DNA of 64,000 bases, taken from Rhizodiscina lignyota. Its lineage: Eukaryota. The translations under genes were made by a program, and so were the position numbers. The DNA is taken from contig ML978122.1 in NCBI GenBank assembly GCA_010015805.1, positions 1,150,453 through 1,214,452 of the forward strand. Direction: 5' to 3'. Under the pieces are notes generated by a model. It did not search any database. It saw nothing but the letters and a program-made list of their open reading frames with translations, and was not told where the DNA came from. This document shows positions 11,994 through 24,315 of this stretch, in pieces (within the stretch, counting starts at the first letter, position 1; every line of letters begins with the position of its first letter).

Positions 11994-13983
11994 CTAACTT
12001 GATGAGAACAGATCCAGCTCCTCCTCCCTCCGTCGATACATCACTTTGGTAATCGGATCAGCGACTAATTCCATTCCCAGGTCCATGCTCTTCGGTGGCT
12101 TATTCTCGTCGGCGAGCTTGAAATCATACCGAAGTAGAAGAAAAACGAGAGCGATCTTGACTTCGTTCGACGCGAAGAAGCGACCGGGACAAGCTTGCAT
12201 GCCTTAAAAAGTTAGAACTAATCGCGCTCCTCAGAAGTTCATCAACGTACCGTGTCCGAATCCGGCGTGCTCGGCGCTTGTGGTAACGAATTGCCAGTTA
12301 TTCTCCTGTCCCGGTTGATTGCGTAGATTCAGGAACCGATATCCATCGAAATGCTCCGGGTTTGGATACACTGAGCCGTCATAGTGCTTATCCAGGAACA
12401 TTTTGACAGACGCGTCTTTCGGTATGACAGTCCCGTCTGAGAGCTTTACATCTTCTTCAGCTACACGAGCCATGCCAGCTATGTATCCTCAATCAGCGAC
12501 AAAGACTGGAAGACACTTTCCGTCGAGACTACTCACATATTGCAGTGCCTTCGAGTCTCTGTGTCTCCTTCATAAAGCTATCAAGAAGCTTCATCTGATA
12601 CAGGGCGGTCTTCTTCCAGCCTTCTCGACAAGACATCTATCATCTCTTTCCTCACTGGCTCGATATATTTAGGGTAAGTGAGGAAGTTGTAGATGCATTT
12701 TGTGAGCAAATCGGACGTGGTGCTACGAACCTATTAGCATATAGTCCGAGAATATCAAGCAAATAGCAGGATATAACATACTGTATTGCGGCGAACGTAA
12801 GCCCGAGTTGCGTATCGGCGTAGCCGAAATTTGGATCGTCCTTTGCCAAGTCCATCATCCAGCCCAGTGTATCTGAGACCTTTGGATTCTTGATGCCGTT
12901 CCTAAGATTCTCTTGCCGAATGACCTTCCTCTTGGCTACCTCTGCCGACATGAGCTTGCGGGCCTTGCTGCCGAGTCTACGGAGATAGAAGCATGCCGGC
13001 AAGAACCAGTGCACGTATGGACGAAGCGCATGCGGGCACATTCGAAGCTCCCTAACTGCAAACATCAAAGCAATTGTATATTGGACCGAGATCTTCAACC
13101 ATATCGGATCGCGAGCAAGATCTTTGCCGAGGAAGACACGAGCTGAGAGTCGAGCGACAATGTCTGGGGCCGTCCGCATGAACTGGATACCTTTCCATTC
13201 TTTAGAAGTTAGCCAACAAGTTCGAACCTCAGGAACGGAAAAGCGCTTTCTACCTTTGCTTTCGCCAAGCACTTGATTCAACGCAAAGTCGGTCTCCTCG
13301 CAAAGGTCATCCGTTACGAGATCTGCAAAGCAATGAGCTACATAATAGCGGTTCGAGAGGGGATTAATATGCAGAGATTCTCCTTACTGAGAGACTGGGT
13401 CAGTTTCATTCGAACCGTGTCTTGGATGACATGGCTTTTGACGGACATTCTCGGGCCTTCAAAGCCAGGATACCAGACGAAGAATTCCTGCCACCATCAG
13501 CACAATGGATACACCATCTCGGAATCCTGTGATCTAACTTTCTCAACGAAACCGTTGAAGGAAAGTCGCTGGTCATTCTTTATTTCGTCAATGTACCGCA
13601 TGGGCAGGATGATGCCAGGTCCATTGTCTGTGACGACTTGGAAGGCTCCTTTGCACTGTATATGAAAACCAAGTCAGAATCTTGTTTGTGCATATGTCCG
13701 TGGGTATGATAAGAGATCATACCGTTTTGACACCCCGCCAAAAGAGTTCTCTGGCATTTCTCTTGAAAATGCGCTTCGCTTTCGTATACGTAATATCGTC
13801 GAACCCATGTGTCCTGACAACCTCGATGCCTGGAATGAAGTCCTGCTCTAGGTTTCGACTGACATGGTAAATTGCAAAAGTGAGGAGCACGATCACAATG
13901 CTTATTTTCAAGTAGAGATACTCAGTGTTGAAAACATGAATTGAAGGGATGCCGGAGAGCGGCGTCAAATTGAGAGTTGGCAT
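11994..13983 (-). CDS. Cytochrome P450 (ent-kaurene-oxidase-like fungal secondary-metabolism type)
   Basis: Multi-exon; FAAIHTTS I-helix after splicing, KETQR, FDGYRF, FGHG|MQACPGRFFASNEVK heme motif. Confidence 0.93.
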
Positions 13984-15070
13984 CGCGTCGCGACGAAGAC
14001 ACACGTTTGAACGATCTGGGTCAGCTTTGATAGGAGTATGACTTGAGAGGGAATAGAAACGATTTAAGTCAACGCGAAACTTCCTGCAAATACAGGTTTG
14101 CCCCAACGCTCGCATTCGCATTCGCATCGTTGCCAGGATCATACCCTCGCAGCGGTGTGCTCGTTAGCTAGCAACGACGGAGATTGCACGTTTCTTAGCC
14201 AGTTTGTTGCGGAGGACATGAAAGCTAAGTTGTGACATCCACGAGGCAAGGACAGCGTTAATTCCCCGCTTGACGGGCATGCCAACCACAAGGTTGTACA
14301 GGGCGCTTGGTGGATACCCATTGTAGGTAAACTGGGAAAGAAGAGGCAAATCGTCATCACCTAGAGCCGTATGGTATAGAGACTAGAGAACTCAGACACT
14401 GTACATGCCGAAAAACAGAGTATTTGACTGTTTGCAACTTATATGGGGGGCAAGTCTTCCAATATCTCCTCTGCCTTATGAGGTCGGAAATGCGGAGAAA
14501 TAGACATCGGCTTTGAATGCTCTGCAGCTGTTCGGTTGGACCGTCAGTTAAGATTTGGATTCCATATGATGAAAGCTTGTAATATTAGCCTTTGATCAAG
14601 TTCAAATAATGAAACACATCAAAGGCCTTATTTACTCATGTACTCAGTGGACAGGAGGTGATGGTGATGAAAAATCTTACCGAGGCCGAAATCGGCAAGG
14701 CTTTCCAACAACGGCGAGACTCGATTTCTAGGGGCGGCTGTCGACAGATCATCTCCTTTCTCTTCACAGTATTGATACAGCACATCTTTTTGGGCGTCGC
14801 TTCTTCGACATCGTGAGGCATATTAGACATATATATATGTCATTCATTAGAGCTTGAATGGCGACTCGAGCTGTACAGATTGAGCAGCGCCCTTTCGAAC
14901 ATGTTGTAGACAGTTTTTCAATATCGTCTTTCCGTTAAGCTACGTTCGTTTTCAGTAGGCGGCTGTGCCACAGTGCTAGCGTAGCAGCGTCTCAGTAAGA
15001 AGAACATTCGTTGAAGAAGGAAGGATGAAAGCTTATGTAGGAATCCATTCTTTGAAACACGAGCGCCTTC

Positions 15071-17083
15071 CTATACTTCATCCAACTCAACTACCTTTCC
15101 CGTTTCCGGGTTCTTCTCTCCAACAACGCCTTGCAACTTTCTTGCCACCTCATCAGTCAAATAGTCCTCAACATTCGGCGCCAACAAGGCAGAGACAAGT
15201 ATTATCGCACCAAATGGCAGCGTGCAGAGGAAGACAATTCGGAAGCTATGTGAATATGCTGTCTTTGTTGCCTCTCCAACTGCGGCAGCAATAGTGGTAT
15301 TGACACCGGGAACAGTGCTAATATCACCTGCAGATATCCCAGTGAAGAGTGCCACGAGAGAACTCGATGGAAGACCTGCTGATGTTGCTGCGGGGGTGAC
15401 GTATTGTGGTAGGTAAATTGCCAGCCGCGACGAGAGGATACTGGAGTACATTGAAGTCGCAATTGCTCCAGCGGCTGTGCGGATTGCACCGAGCACACCT
15501 GCGACCAACCCAATATCTGCTGGATCCCATACGAGCGCCATTGTGCTAAGCGTCAGATTCTCAACGTAACCGGCGGAGATCGCTGCGATAAGCAAGAAGC
15601 CGACAGTCCGGCTGCGAGTGTGTTGTGTGCTTGATGCGAGGGCAGCGCAGAACGCAGTGAGGATGACTGCGGCGACCGTCATCTGTATCTTCATCCGCGG
15701 GATATATTTTACACCAAGACCGGCTGCCACCTGGCCGAGTAGTAGGCCACCACCGACTGCACAGGAGAGCCAGCCGACCTCTTGGACATCAGTGCTGTAT
15801 AGAGCACCTGCCATGGTTGGCCAGATCACGGTCATGCTGTCTTCTATTAGAAATGCTTGTTGCCATTCACAGAAGATGAAGGACTCACCTGTAATATACC
15901 ATGGCACCAATTGAGGCACATGCGACTGTAGCATCATATTTGATGTTACGGAACAGTCTCATCGGCATGAGTGGATAGTCAAGCGTGCAGTACGCTTCCC
16001 AAACGCAGAAGATAGCAAGTATAGCAATTCCAGAGAGAAGCGTACCGAGAACGTGACCAGAGCTCCAAGAATATGCGGAGCCTCCCCAGTTAAGGCCGAT
16101 CAAGAAGATTGTTAGGCCCGCCGTGAAGAGGAAAATGCCGAGCCAGTCGAGAGTCTTTAGCTGCTTGAGGCGAGATTTGCCGCCAACGTGAAGCATTTCC
16201 TATTACAAAGTTCTTAGCCGGCACTCATTTCTGAAGTTGCATATTTGACTTACATAGGTCGGCGGGTGGTAGAAGAAGAAATACAAGATCACTGCGATAG
16301 TGTTGACAATGACACCTAAAATGTACGACCATCGCCATTGCAAGCCGGTATGCTCAAACAATGCCCTTGCAACTGGAGGCCCGAATACAGCGAAAGGCAC
16401 AGAAGTGAACAGAACCAGGGCGTTGATGGGTCCACGATTTCTGTTGGACACTAATTCTCCCATGACTACGCTGAATGAGAGCTGGCCGGCGGCAGCAAGG
16501 CCATTAATCGTGTTGGTTGCCTATTTCCGCTGTCAGTCAAAACTCCTCATCAATCTGCTGTGGGGGTCATGAGGTACGGACAATAAGCATATCAATGCTC
16601 TGGGCAGCCGCGCCGATGATATTTCCGATGACAGCGAGGACGGATGCTCCAATGAAGAACCAACGTCTCCCAAAGATATCAGAAAGTCGTCCGACGAGCG
16701 TAAATCCGACAGCAAAGCCTGCCGTCCAACCCACAGCGAGCCATATGATGTTCGGAGAAGGTCCAATGGCAGCGTTGATAAGTGTGAGTGTATTTGCAGG
16801 GAGAACCCAGCCCAAATAGCCAGAGATCTGAGCGAGACAGGTAGCCTTGCAACAGTTAGTCTTGAGCTCTCGCGAAAACAAGAGCATTTTAAGTAGCAGT
16901 GCGTACAATAAGTGTTCCTAGAAATTTTGGACTTCTCCAATACGATGCACCTAGGTCACGGGCGTGACCACCAATAGCTTCGTCGGCAACGTGGTCGTGG
17001 TGCAGAGCTTTGGAGACCTTGCCATGATGCTCTTCTTCACGGTGGTTCTCTGCCTCGACTATTCCTGGTTTGTCGCCCTCCAT
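15071..17083 (-). CDS. MFS transporter, fungal trichothecene efflux pump (TRI12) family
   Basis: GRLSDIFGRRWF, GELVSNRNRG, FYHPP, LDWLGIFLF, YSHSFRIVFL motifs; multi-exon. Confidence 0.9.
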
Positions 17084-18644
17084 CGCTCCTACGCTGTGCT
17101 GACAGGAGTAGAACTAATGGGACTGAGGGTTTAAGGACGCAATGCTGTCAATAGAGGCGTGAAATAGCTCGGTATGACAAGTAATTGAAGGCGGGAGAAG
17201 AAACAAGAAATTTAAAGAAGAGAGGAGTTACAGGTATATATATGCAAATACACATATCATTTCCATATGTCCGGGTCAATTCCTGGAGATCAAAGGCTGT
17301 CTTTACCTCCTGTGCGCCCAGAGCTCAATGCGGAGGTCCCGGGATTGTGGGGACTTCAAATAGCGGCAAATCTCAAGATTCCAATCGGAATATCAGGATC
17401 CCCAAGTTTAATGTCAAATGCGGATATCTTTCATATGCAAACGCGTTCCTGGCTTCGGCTTGGCTTCGGCCTGCATGGGAAGCGTCTAGATACGGCTGAG
17501 CTTAACCGGCGTAGTTGACTTTAAGTTGCGACTTGGCGACGTCGTTCTATGATTCATCGATGACATTGGGTTTCAGACCTGGTTATATAGAATATAGAGA
17601 AAATGTTAATATGAAAAGACGTTCTCATATTTGCATTGCTCTTGTCTGGCAGTTGAGCAGTTGAGCTCACCAACGAGCAAATCGCAAATGGCCCGGGTAC
17701 CTTTAAGCGGTTGTTGACCGTCGTATCAGAGTGCTTATGTGGCTTCCTAGCTAGTAGAGTCTCGCAAATATTCTCCGTTATCCGTATTTCGGACGGAGTT
17801 TTCGGGCATACAGCGACGAGCAAGGCTGACCACGATAAAGTCCGTTTCTTAGTTTGGAAGAGTGGTCCGCCACGCAAGTCGGGTCTCACTTTGAGGTAGG
17901 CAAAAACTTTCAAAGCTGCGAGTACAGCAATTTGAGGCACTCTCTTTGAAAGAGCCTGATGCTGCGGCTAGCATACAGGTACTGAGAAAAAGAAGCGCCC
18001 GTAGTGAGGTGAAATACTGAGCACGGCGTCGATTGGCGGATGAAAGGTGGTCTTGTTGAAGCTGAGGGTGGAGGCAATCCCTCGAGTTTGGAGTAGAGCC
18101 GCTGGCAGCATTGAAAGCAATGATCCAGTATCGGGCAGAACTAGAAGCAGAATCGCAGTCTACTTTCAAGCAGGGCCGCAATGCCAAGTTGAAGTCAACG
18201 TGAAAGAAACCTCTGTCGAATTCGAATCGAATGATCGGTGACATCTTGACAACCGTGTAATGCTCGAACATTGCCCAGGAACCTTGGGTAGAGCGTTAAA
18301 TCGCTGCAATGACCATTAGAGTCAAACTGGACTTTCTAGTAGCAAGAAACATGGCCAAGATTGCGTGAGAAGATTGAAGTCGAATGAGAGTGCCAGCCAG
18401 AGACTTTCGCGATTCAGCAGAATCAACCCTAACCCTAGGATAATTGCTTCTTATCGGACGCTAACCTGCCGCTAAGTTCCCATCATTTTTGTCCTGACCG
18501 CAAGGAATCTTTGTCTAGGAATGCTTGCACGGCTCCTCTCCTTACATTCAAGGGTTCTCATCCAGACTCGGGGAGTTGAAACCTTGTGTCACACTGTCAC
18601 GTTTTTTACTGCTCCCCGGAGACATCCTGGAAGTCGATCACCCA

Positions 18645-19830
18645 ATGGACGAAGAAACGCCGCTCCTCCGCGACTACGATGTCCAAGATCGCGCAGCGGA
18701 ATCTATCCACCACCACTTTTGCATGCTGACTGGTATCCATCCCTTCGATGGAAAAAACCAGCAGAAGCACAAACTGGCAGCTGGTGGCCCCAGTACTCTT
18801 TATGGACGGGTACTCCAGAAGCGCAAGGCCCAGAACCGCACATATGTCTTTACAAGCATGCTTTGGAATGGCTTATTGCTATCGCAAGTCATCCTCGGTA
18901 CAATACTCACCAAATTACTTGATTCATGTATGGATATTGTCTAATTCCAATCACAGGAGCCGCTTTGACTGCGCTCGGGGCTAGTGAGAGCTCTCACATT
19001 CTTATCACGATCTTTGGAGCGATGAACACTTTCATTGCTGGATTAATCGCATTCATAAAGAGCCGTGGTCTTCCAATGCGAGCAAAGATGTTTCGGGATG
19101 ACCTTGACCGCGTCATTGACGAGATTGAGAACTCCGAAGTGATGTGGCTTGGAATTTCAAAGGGAGTCCATGGGTATGATGAGATAGACCCCAGTGAAGT
19201 ATCTGTGCGCTCGGAAGTGGCGAGGCTCACGAGGTTGTTCATCAAAGCTCGATTTGTTCATGAATCGATCTCTGACGTGTATCAAGGTTGTATGACAAGG
19301 CGGTTCGTTCCAATACGAATAATGACCGTATGACCGGCTTTCCATTCATAAAACGATGGCTAACTTAGAATTAAGCGGACATGTATATCGGCGCCAGTGT
19401 TGAGAGTGGGGCAACGGCACTGAGAGCGAGACCAGCCGGCCAGGCTGCATTACCTGCTGCTGCTCCCGTACAAACTGCTGCTGGAGCAGTACCGATATCA
19501 GCACCAGCTGCTCCTCCAGCCGACGAGCAAGGGCCAGCAACAGCTCCACCGAAGCCGAAGGAAGAGAAGAAAGACGAAACACCAAAGGCAAACGGCAAGA
19601 GCGAACCGAAAGAAAGTGGCAACGGCAAGGTGACCGAGACGTCCCAGGGAAAGGAAACGGACACCAAAAAAGAGAATCAGACGAAGGACGAGAAACCACC
19701 GGCGAAAGATTCGGCACAGGCATCGCCTGAGCTGGATGCAGTGGTGGACTCTGAACCTCTTGCACAAGCCTCGGGGGGTGCAGACAAGCAGCCTGCAGAT
19801 GATGATGCATCACCAGCCACTCGACTGTGA
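18645..19830 (+). CDS. SLATT (SMODS/SLOG-associating 2TM effector) fungal-type domain protein with low-complexity tail
   Basis: After splicing (introns 18898-18956 and two more at ~19233-19376): QVILGAALTALGAS...ITIFGAMNTFIAGLIAFIKSRGLP...RLYDKAVRSNTNNDPDMY, matching my recollection of SLATT_fungal. Confidence 0.75.
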
Positions 19831-20359
19831 TCGACTTCCAAGTTGTAATGTGTCTTGCTCTTCACGAAGACCTCTCTTTTCATGACTACTTCACACCAAT
19901 CCTTTGATACCCTATACTAATATTGATTCTGCAGCGACATTCATCCTGATTTCAGTTCAAGACTGTAATATCTTTCCCAGTACGATGAGACATAATGTAT
20001 CCCCTTGCTCAGTCACTTATTACTATCTGTCCGTACTGCTCCACTAGACTGTATGCATCTTGTACATACTCTCAGATTGATAAATATTGACTTCATTACT
20101 TTATATCACTTTTCCTCTCCAGATTGTATCGGCGTGCCTCGTAGACAACGACTTTATGCTGTTAAAGCGCGCTCACCTGGCATCGGTACCTCCGCCTTCG
20201 CAGAGGAGCTTGCTGTAGTCCAATGGAAAACATTCTATCGAGATTTAGTCAAAGTGCATTAATTCTCAATTAAGAGCGAGCTTGCTGGACGCATAGAAAC
20301 GGATGATCTGGCATTGTCTATTCTTCTTCTTCCCAATTTCAAATACACCGAGAAATCTC

Positions 20360-22152
20360 CTATTCGCTCTTCCTTGGAACAAGCTTTACATTCAATTCTG
20401 GCTTCTCCCATGTCGAATAAGCTCGCATGTACTTCATGTTGTCCTCCGGATCCCAGTCAGACGCCGCATCAGCATTGAAGAGGTCGAAGTTAAATATCAT
20501 TCGTGCCATCACGAGACGCATTTCGACCCAGGAAAGACTGTAAAGCGTTAGCTGTATGAGCATCTGACTAGGATGATTCATCCACTGCCAGTAATGCGGA
20601 GTCACTTCGCATCAAAGAACAGTGAGAAAATAATCAGACTTACTCTTTGCCAATACATCCACGCGGACCGAGCGAGAAAGGTCGACTTGCCAGCTTGTTG
20701 TCGTTCTTAAATTCGCCGTTCTCGTCAAGCCACCGTTCGGGGATGAACTCGTCAGGGTTCTTGAAGTTGGTTGGGCTATGATGTGCACACCATGAACTGA
20801 CTGAAACCGCAGTCTGCGTTATATCGTCAGTATCGAAACCACGCGATTGTGGGCGATTTTAGGCTCCAGACTTACACCCCCAGGGATAAAGGTGCCATCT
20901 ATCGTATCTCCACCCTTTTGGATTGTCCGCAGAAAACCTATAGGCGCTGGTGGAAAGATACGTAAACCTTCCTCCAAGCACGCGTTAAGATATGGCATCT
21001 CATCCGCCACGGCAGCTAGCCTGATCTCATTCTCGGATTTGAACTTGCTGCGAACCTCTTGTTTCAGCTTCTCGAAAGCGCGAGGGTATCGAAGGAGGTT
21101 ATTCATCAACGCAGACAGTGATGACGCCGTCGTCTCGCTTCCGGCAACAATGAAAAGTGCCGCGTTCACGATGACTTCGTCTTGCGAAAGATCGTAATGT
21201 TCTGACTGCTTTAGTATGTAGTAGATGAAGTCTCGTCTTTCGCTCTTCGAGTCTTGAAGCCGCTTCATGACTTTCTTCCGACTATACGCCAAATGATCTG
21301 CTCTCCTCTTCCTCAAATCACTCGGGATACAATTCATTAGGAACTTTTGCGTAGAGCTTCCCGGTGTTGCGAAACGCCTTGTGGCCTGCTCGATCGCGCC
21401 TGCTTTGACAGCCTCGAAGATGAGCGTGATCCAAAAGTGAAAGTCTCCGCGGTCCAAGCAGCCAAACGACTCGCCAAACGACAAGTCGCCGATGACATCG
21501 AATGTAATGAAATTGAACCACTTCACAATGTCGAAAGTTTCTCCCGATTTCGCGAAGCGCCAGAAGTTGTTCATGAGTTTGGTCACAAACTCCTGCACAA
21601 TGTCCTCTTGCTCCCAAAGTGCTTTCTTTGAAAAGCCGTATGAGAGGGCCTTCCTCTGCCGTGCGTGAGTGTCGTGATCGGCCATTGAGATTGTCGAAAC
21701 TCCCGGCATAGGATCCACGGCCCCAACGTGAATGGGATCTTTGGGCAGGTCTTTACGGCCTGAGCGGTGTCCATAGATATCCGTCCAAGCCTGGACACTG
21801 TTGAATGACAGCTCTCGAGGTGAGATACGCACGATAGGCCCATATCGGTCATGTATCTTCTTCGTCTCCATTGGGAGACGTCCGCGAAGAACCCATATGA
21901 TACAAGGCAGCTGGAAAAGAGGGTCAGTTCAATAATTATTTCAGCGGATTCAGCAGAGGAATTGCACACATCTGAGATTCTATTGATTACAGGCCCTGGG
22001 AATTTCGCTAACGGATGGAAGTAGAGACGGTAGATGACGATTCCAATGAAATAGAAGAAGCTGCCAATGGCAAGAATACCACCAGCAAGAAGCAGACGAT
22101 CTTGAGTGCTTCTCACTCCAGGCATATGCACGTGGTCAAGTACGGACTCCAT
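20360..22152 (-). CDS. Cytochrome P450 (CYP65/Tri11-like clan)
   Basis: HPLAKFPGP, AGSETTAS, EEGLRIFPP, FIPERW, PFSLGPRGCIGK heme motif; multi-exon. Confidence 0.95.
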
Positions 22153-22733
22153 ATTCAATTCTGGACAGCGAAAGATCTGTCAACTGAAGAGATTACGATA
22201 GAAAGAACCGAAACGCGCTGTTTCGTCGACATCGCGACGGATCCAGCCGTTTAAATTGCCCGGGGATGAAGTTCTCCGCCGGCATTGTGGCTCTGCAGGA
22301 ACGGAATATCGGCCAATCCAAATCTCGAAGCGATGTACTCCTACAGCGAAGCAAGTCTTCAGCGTGTGTCTCTGGCGGTTTGATTTGTTCAGTTCCCCGC
22401 ACATTGGGGACGGATGCGAGGCCGAGCATCCCCGTGGGAAGGGCTAGAGCTTAAACCCTTTAATTCTTGAACTAGTATGTTTTTGCAGAGCATGTGACAT
22501 TGCTTGGCGATGATGTTCAAATTTGGTGACCAGGGGCAATCTCGAGCATCAATCGGATGGACTAAGGGACGAACTTACTCGAGCCGCAGCAGACCATCTA
22601 GACGATCTTGATGTGACGGGAAATGCGGGTCTCTGCCACAAACTACGATTTGTCCGTATTCGTTGCAGGTGGTCAACGAAGCTACCCATTGACTGCTATG
22701 TGCACAATCAAAATTACATGATGAAGTAAGTGC

Positions 22734-23551
22734 TCAGCAATTCCAGCCTCCATCAACACTAATTGTCTGGCCTGAGATGAAGCTAGCATCATCACTCAAC
22801 AGAAATGCAACAAGCTTTGCGACCTCTTCCGCCTGACCCAACCTTCCGAGAGCGACTGTCGTAGCGCCACCCTCCTTTGCGTTTGCGTTCGTAGAATTAC
22901 TCATTGCTGTCCTAAGCATTGGGGTATCAATATAGCCGCTGGAATCATAAGTCAGTCTTCTAGCATGAGGGAAAACCGAAGGCATTCATACGGCGCAATA
23001 GCGTTTACCCGGATCCCTTTCATCCCCACATCCTTTGCAGCAGACCTCGTAAGTCCAACCACTCCATGCTTCGAAACCGAATATGCCGCTGCTCCCTTGG
23101 CGCCTTGAATCCCGAGGATGCTCGCAGCATTGACAACGCTACCGCCTTCTGAGATGTGTGGAAGCTCTGCTTTGAGACAATGCATTACTCCTGTCAGGTT
23201 TACGCCAATCATAAACTCCCAGTTCTTCTCATCCTCACGCTCGACTGACGATCCCTCTTCAGATCGAAAGACTCCAGCCAAGTTAGCTGCTCCATCGAGC
23301 TTTCCAAACTGGTCTATCGTCTGTTTGATCCATGCATCGATCGACTCTTGCTTCCGGACATCTACCACAGCAGTGAGGACTTCGTTATGTCCTGTGGCCT
23401 TGATCGAAGTGAATGCTTCGTCGAGAAGCTTTTCCTGGACATCGGCTAGAGAGACTTTGGCACCTCGAGAAGCTAGCAACTTCGCTGTTGCCAGGCCAAT
23501 TCCGGAAGCGCCTCCTGTGACTGCAATGACTTTGCCTTCTAAGGAAGCCAT
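22734..23551 (-). CDS. Short-chain dehydrogenase/reductase (classical SDR)
   Basis: [17 protein letters not shown] catalytic motif, [15 protein letters not shown]; one intron. Confidence 0.93.
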
Positions 23552-24315
23552 TCTGAAATTGGATATGGACTGTGATAACGGACTAATATGCGAGGTGACA
23601 GGCTACTGCTTCATATCTATGAACGTCTAGATAAAGTTTTCTAGTTACCCGGATAGCTTGTGCCTGACGGACGTCCTTAAGAGCCGCAACAGACAGGCCA
23701 ATCTTCAATGTGGAACGCCGGGGACCGGAAATTGATACTCGAAAGCATTTCCGGATGTTCTGTGCAAGCGCTTCAACTCACCACTGGTTAAGGCTCCTTT
23801 TCAACGGACTTTAGAATGCCACGAAAGGCGCACCGAGTCCAGGCATGTACTTTTGCGCGCCAAATGGTCATAGGAACGCTTTCTCTTTGCCCTGCCGCTT
23901 CATCCGACTGCCAAAGCTTCCATCTATACCTTTTGCAGAAGTGGTCTAGACGCAGCTTCCAAAACCCACGCGTGTTGAAGCCCCACCATCCCCGCAATTA
24001 AGTCCTGGAGCTCCGGCGGGGATGCTCGGGAGTCCTCCGAACGTTTGCGTTCCAACCACCAGAAGATGCGCATGGTATACCGCCCTGCATTTCGTTTTCC
24101 GGACGGAACCAGGTGCCGTAAGGGACCTAAATAGTTCTCAAAGTTGAAGATAAAATGTCGCAAAGTAAAGTATAGCCTCGTTGTTCTACGTCTGCGCCTT
24201 CTTCCTCCCTCTTCGCAAGATTCAAACATCTACCGTCAGGAAGAGGAAGAGTACCTTTTCGGTTTCACTTCCCATTAGACCCAAGTCTCGTAAACTTTCT
24301 TTTACTACTTCCGTC

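Noticed and set aside
18425..18436. Telomere-like (ACCCTA)2
   Set aside because: Only two units; expected by chance or a simple binding site
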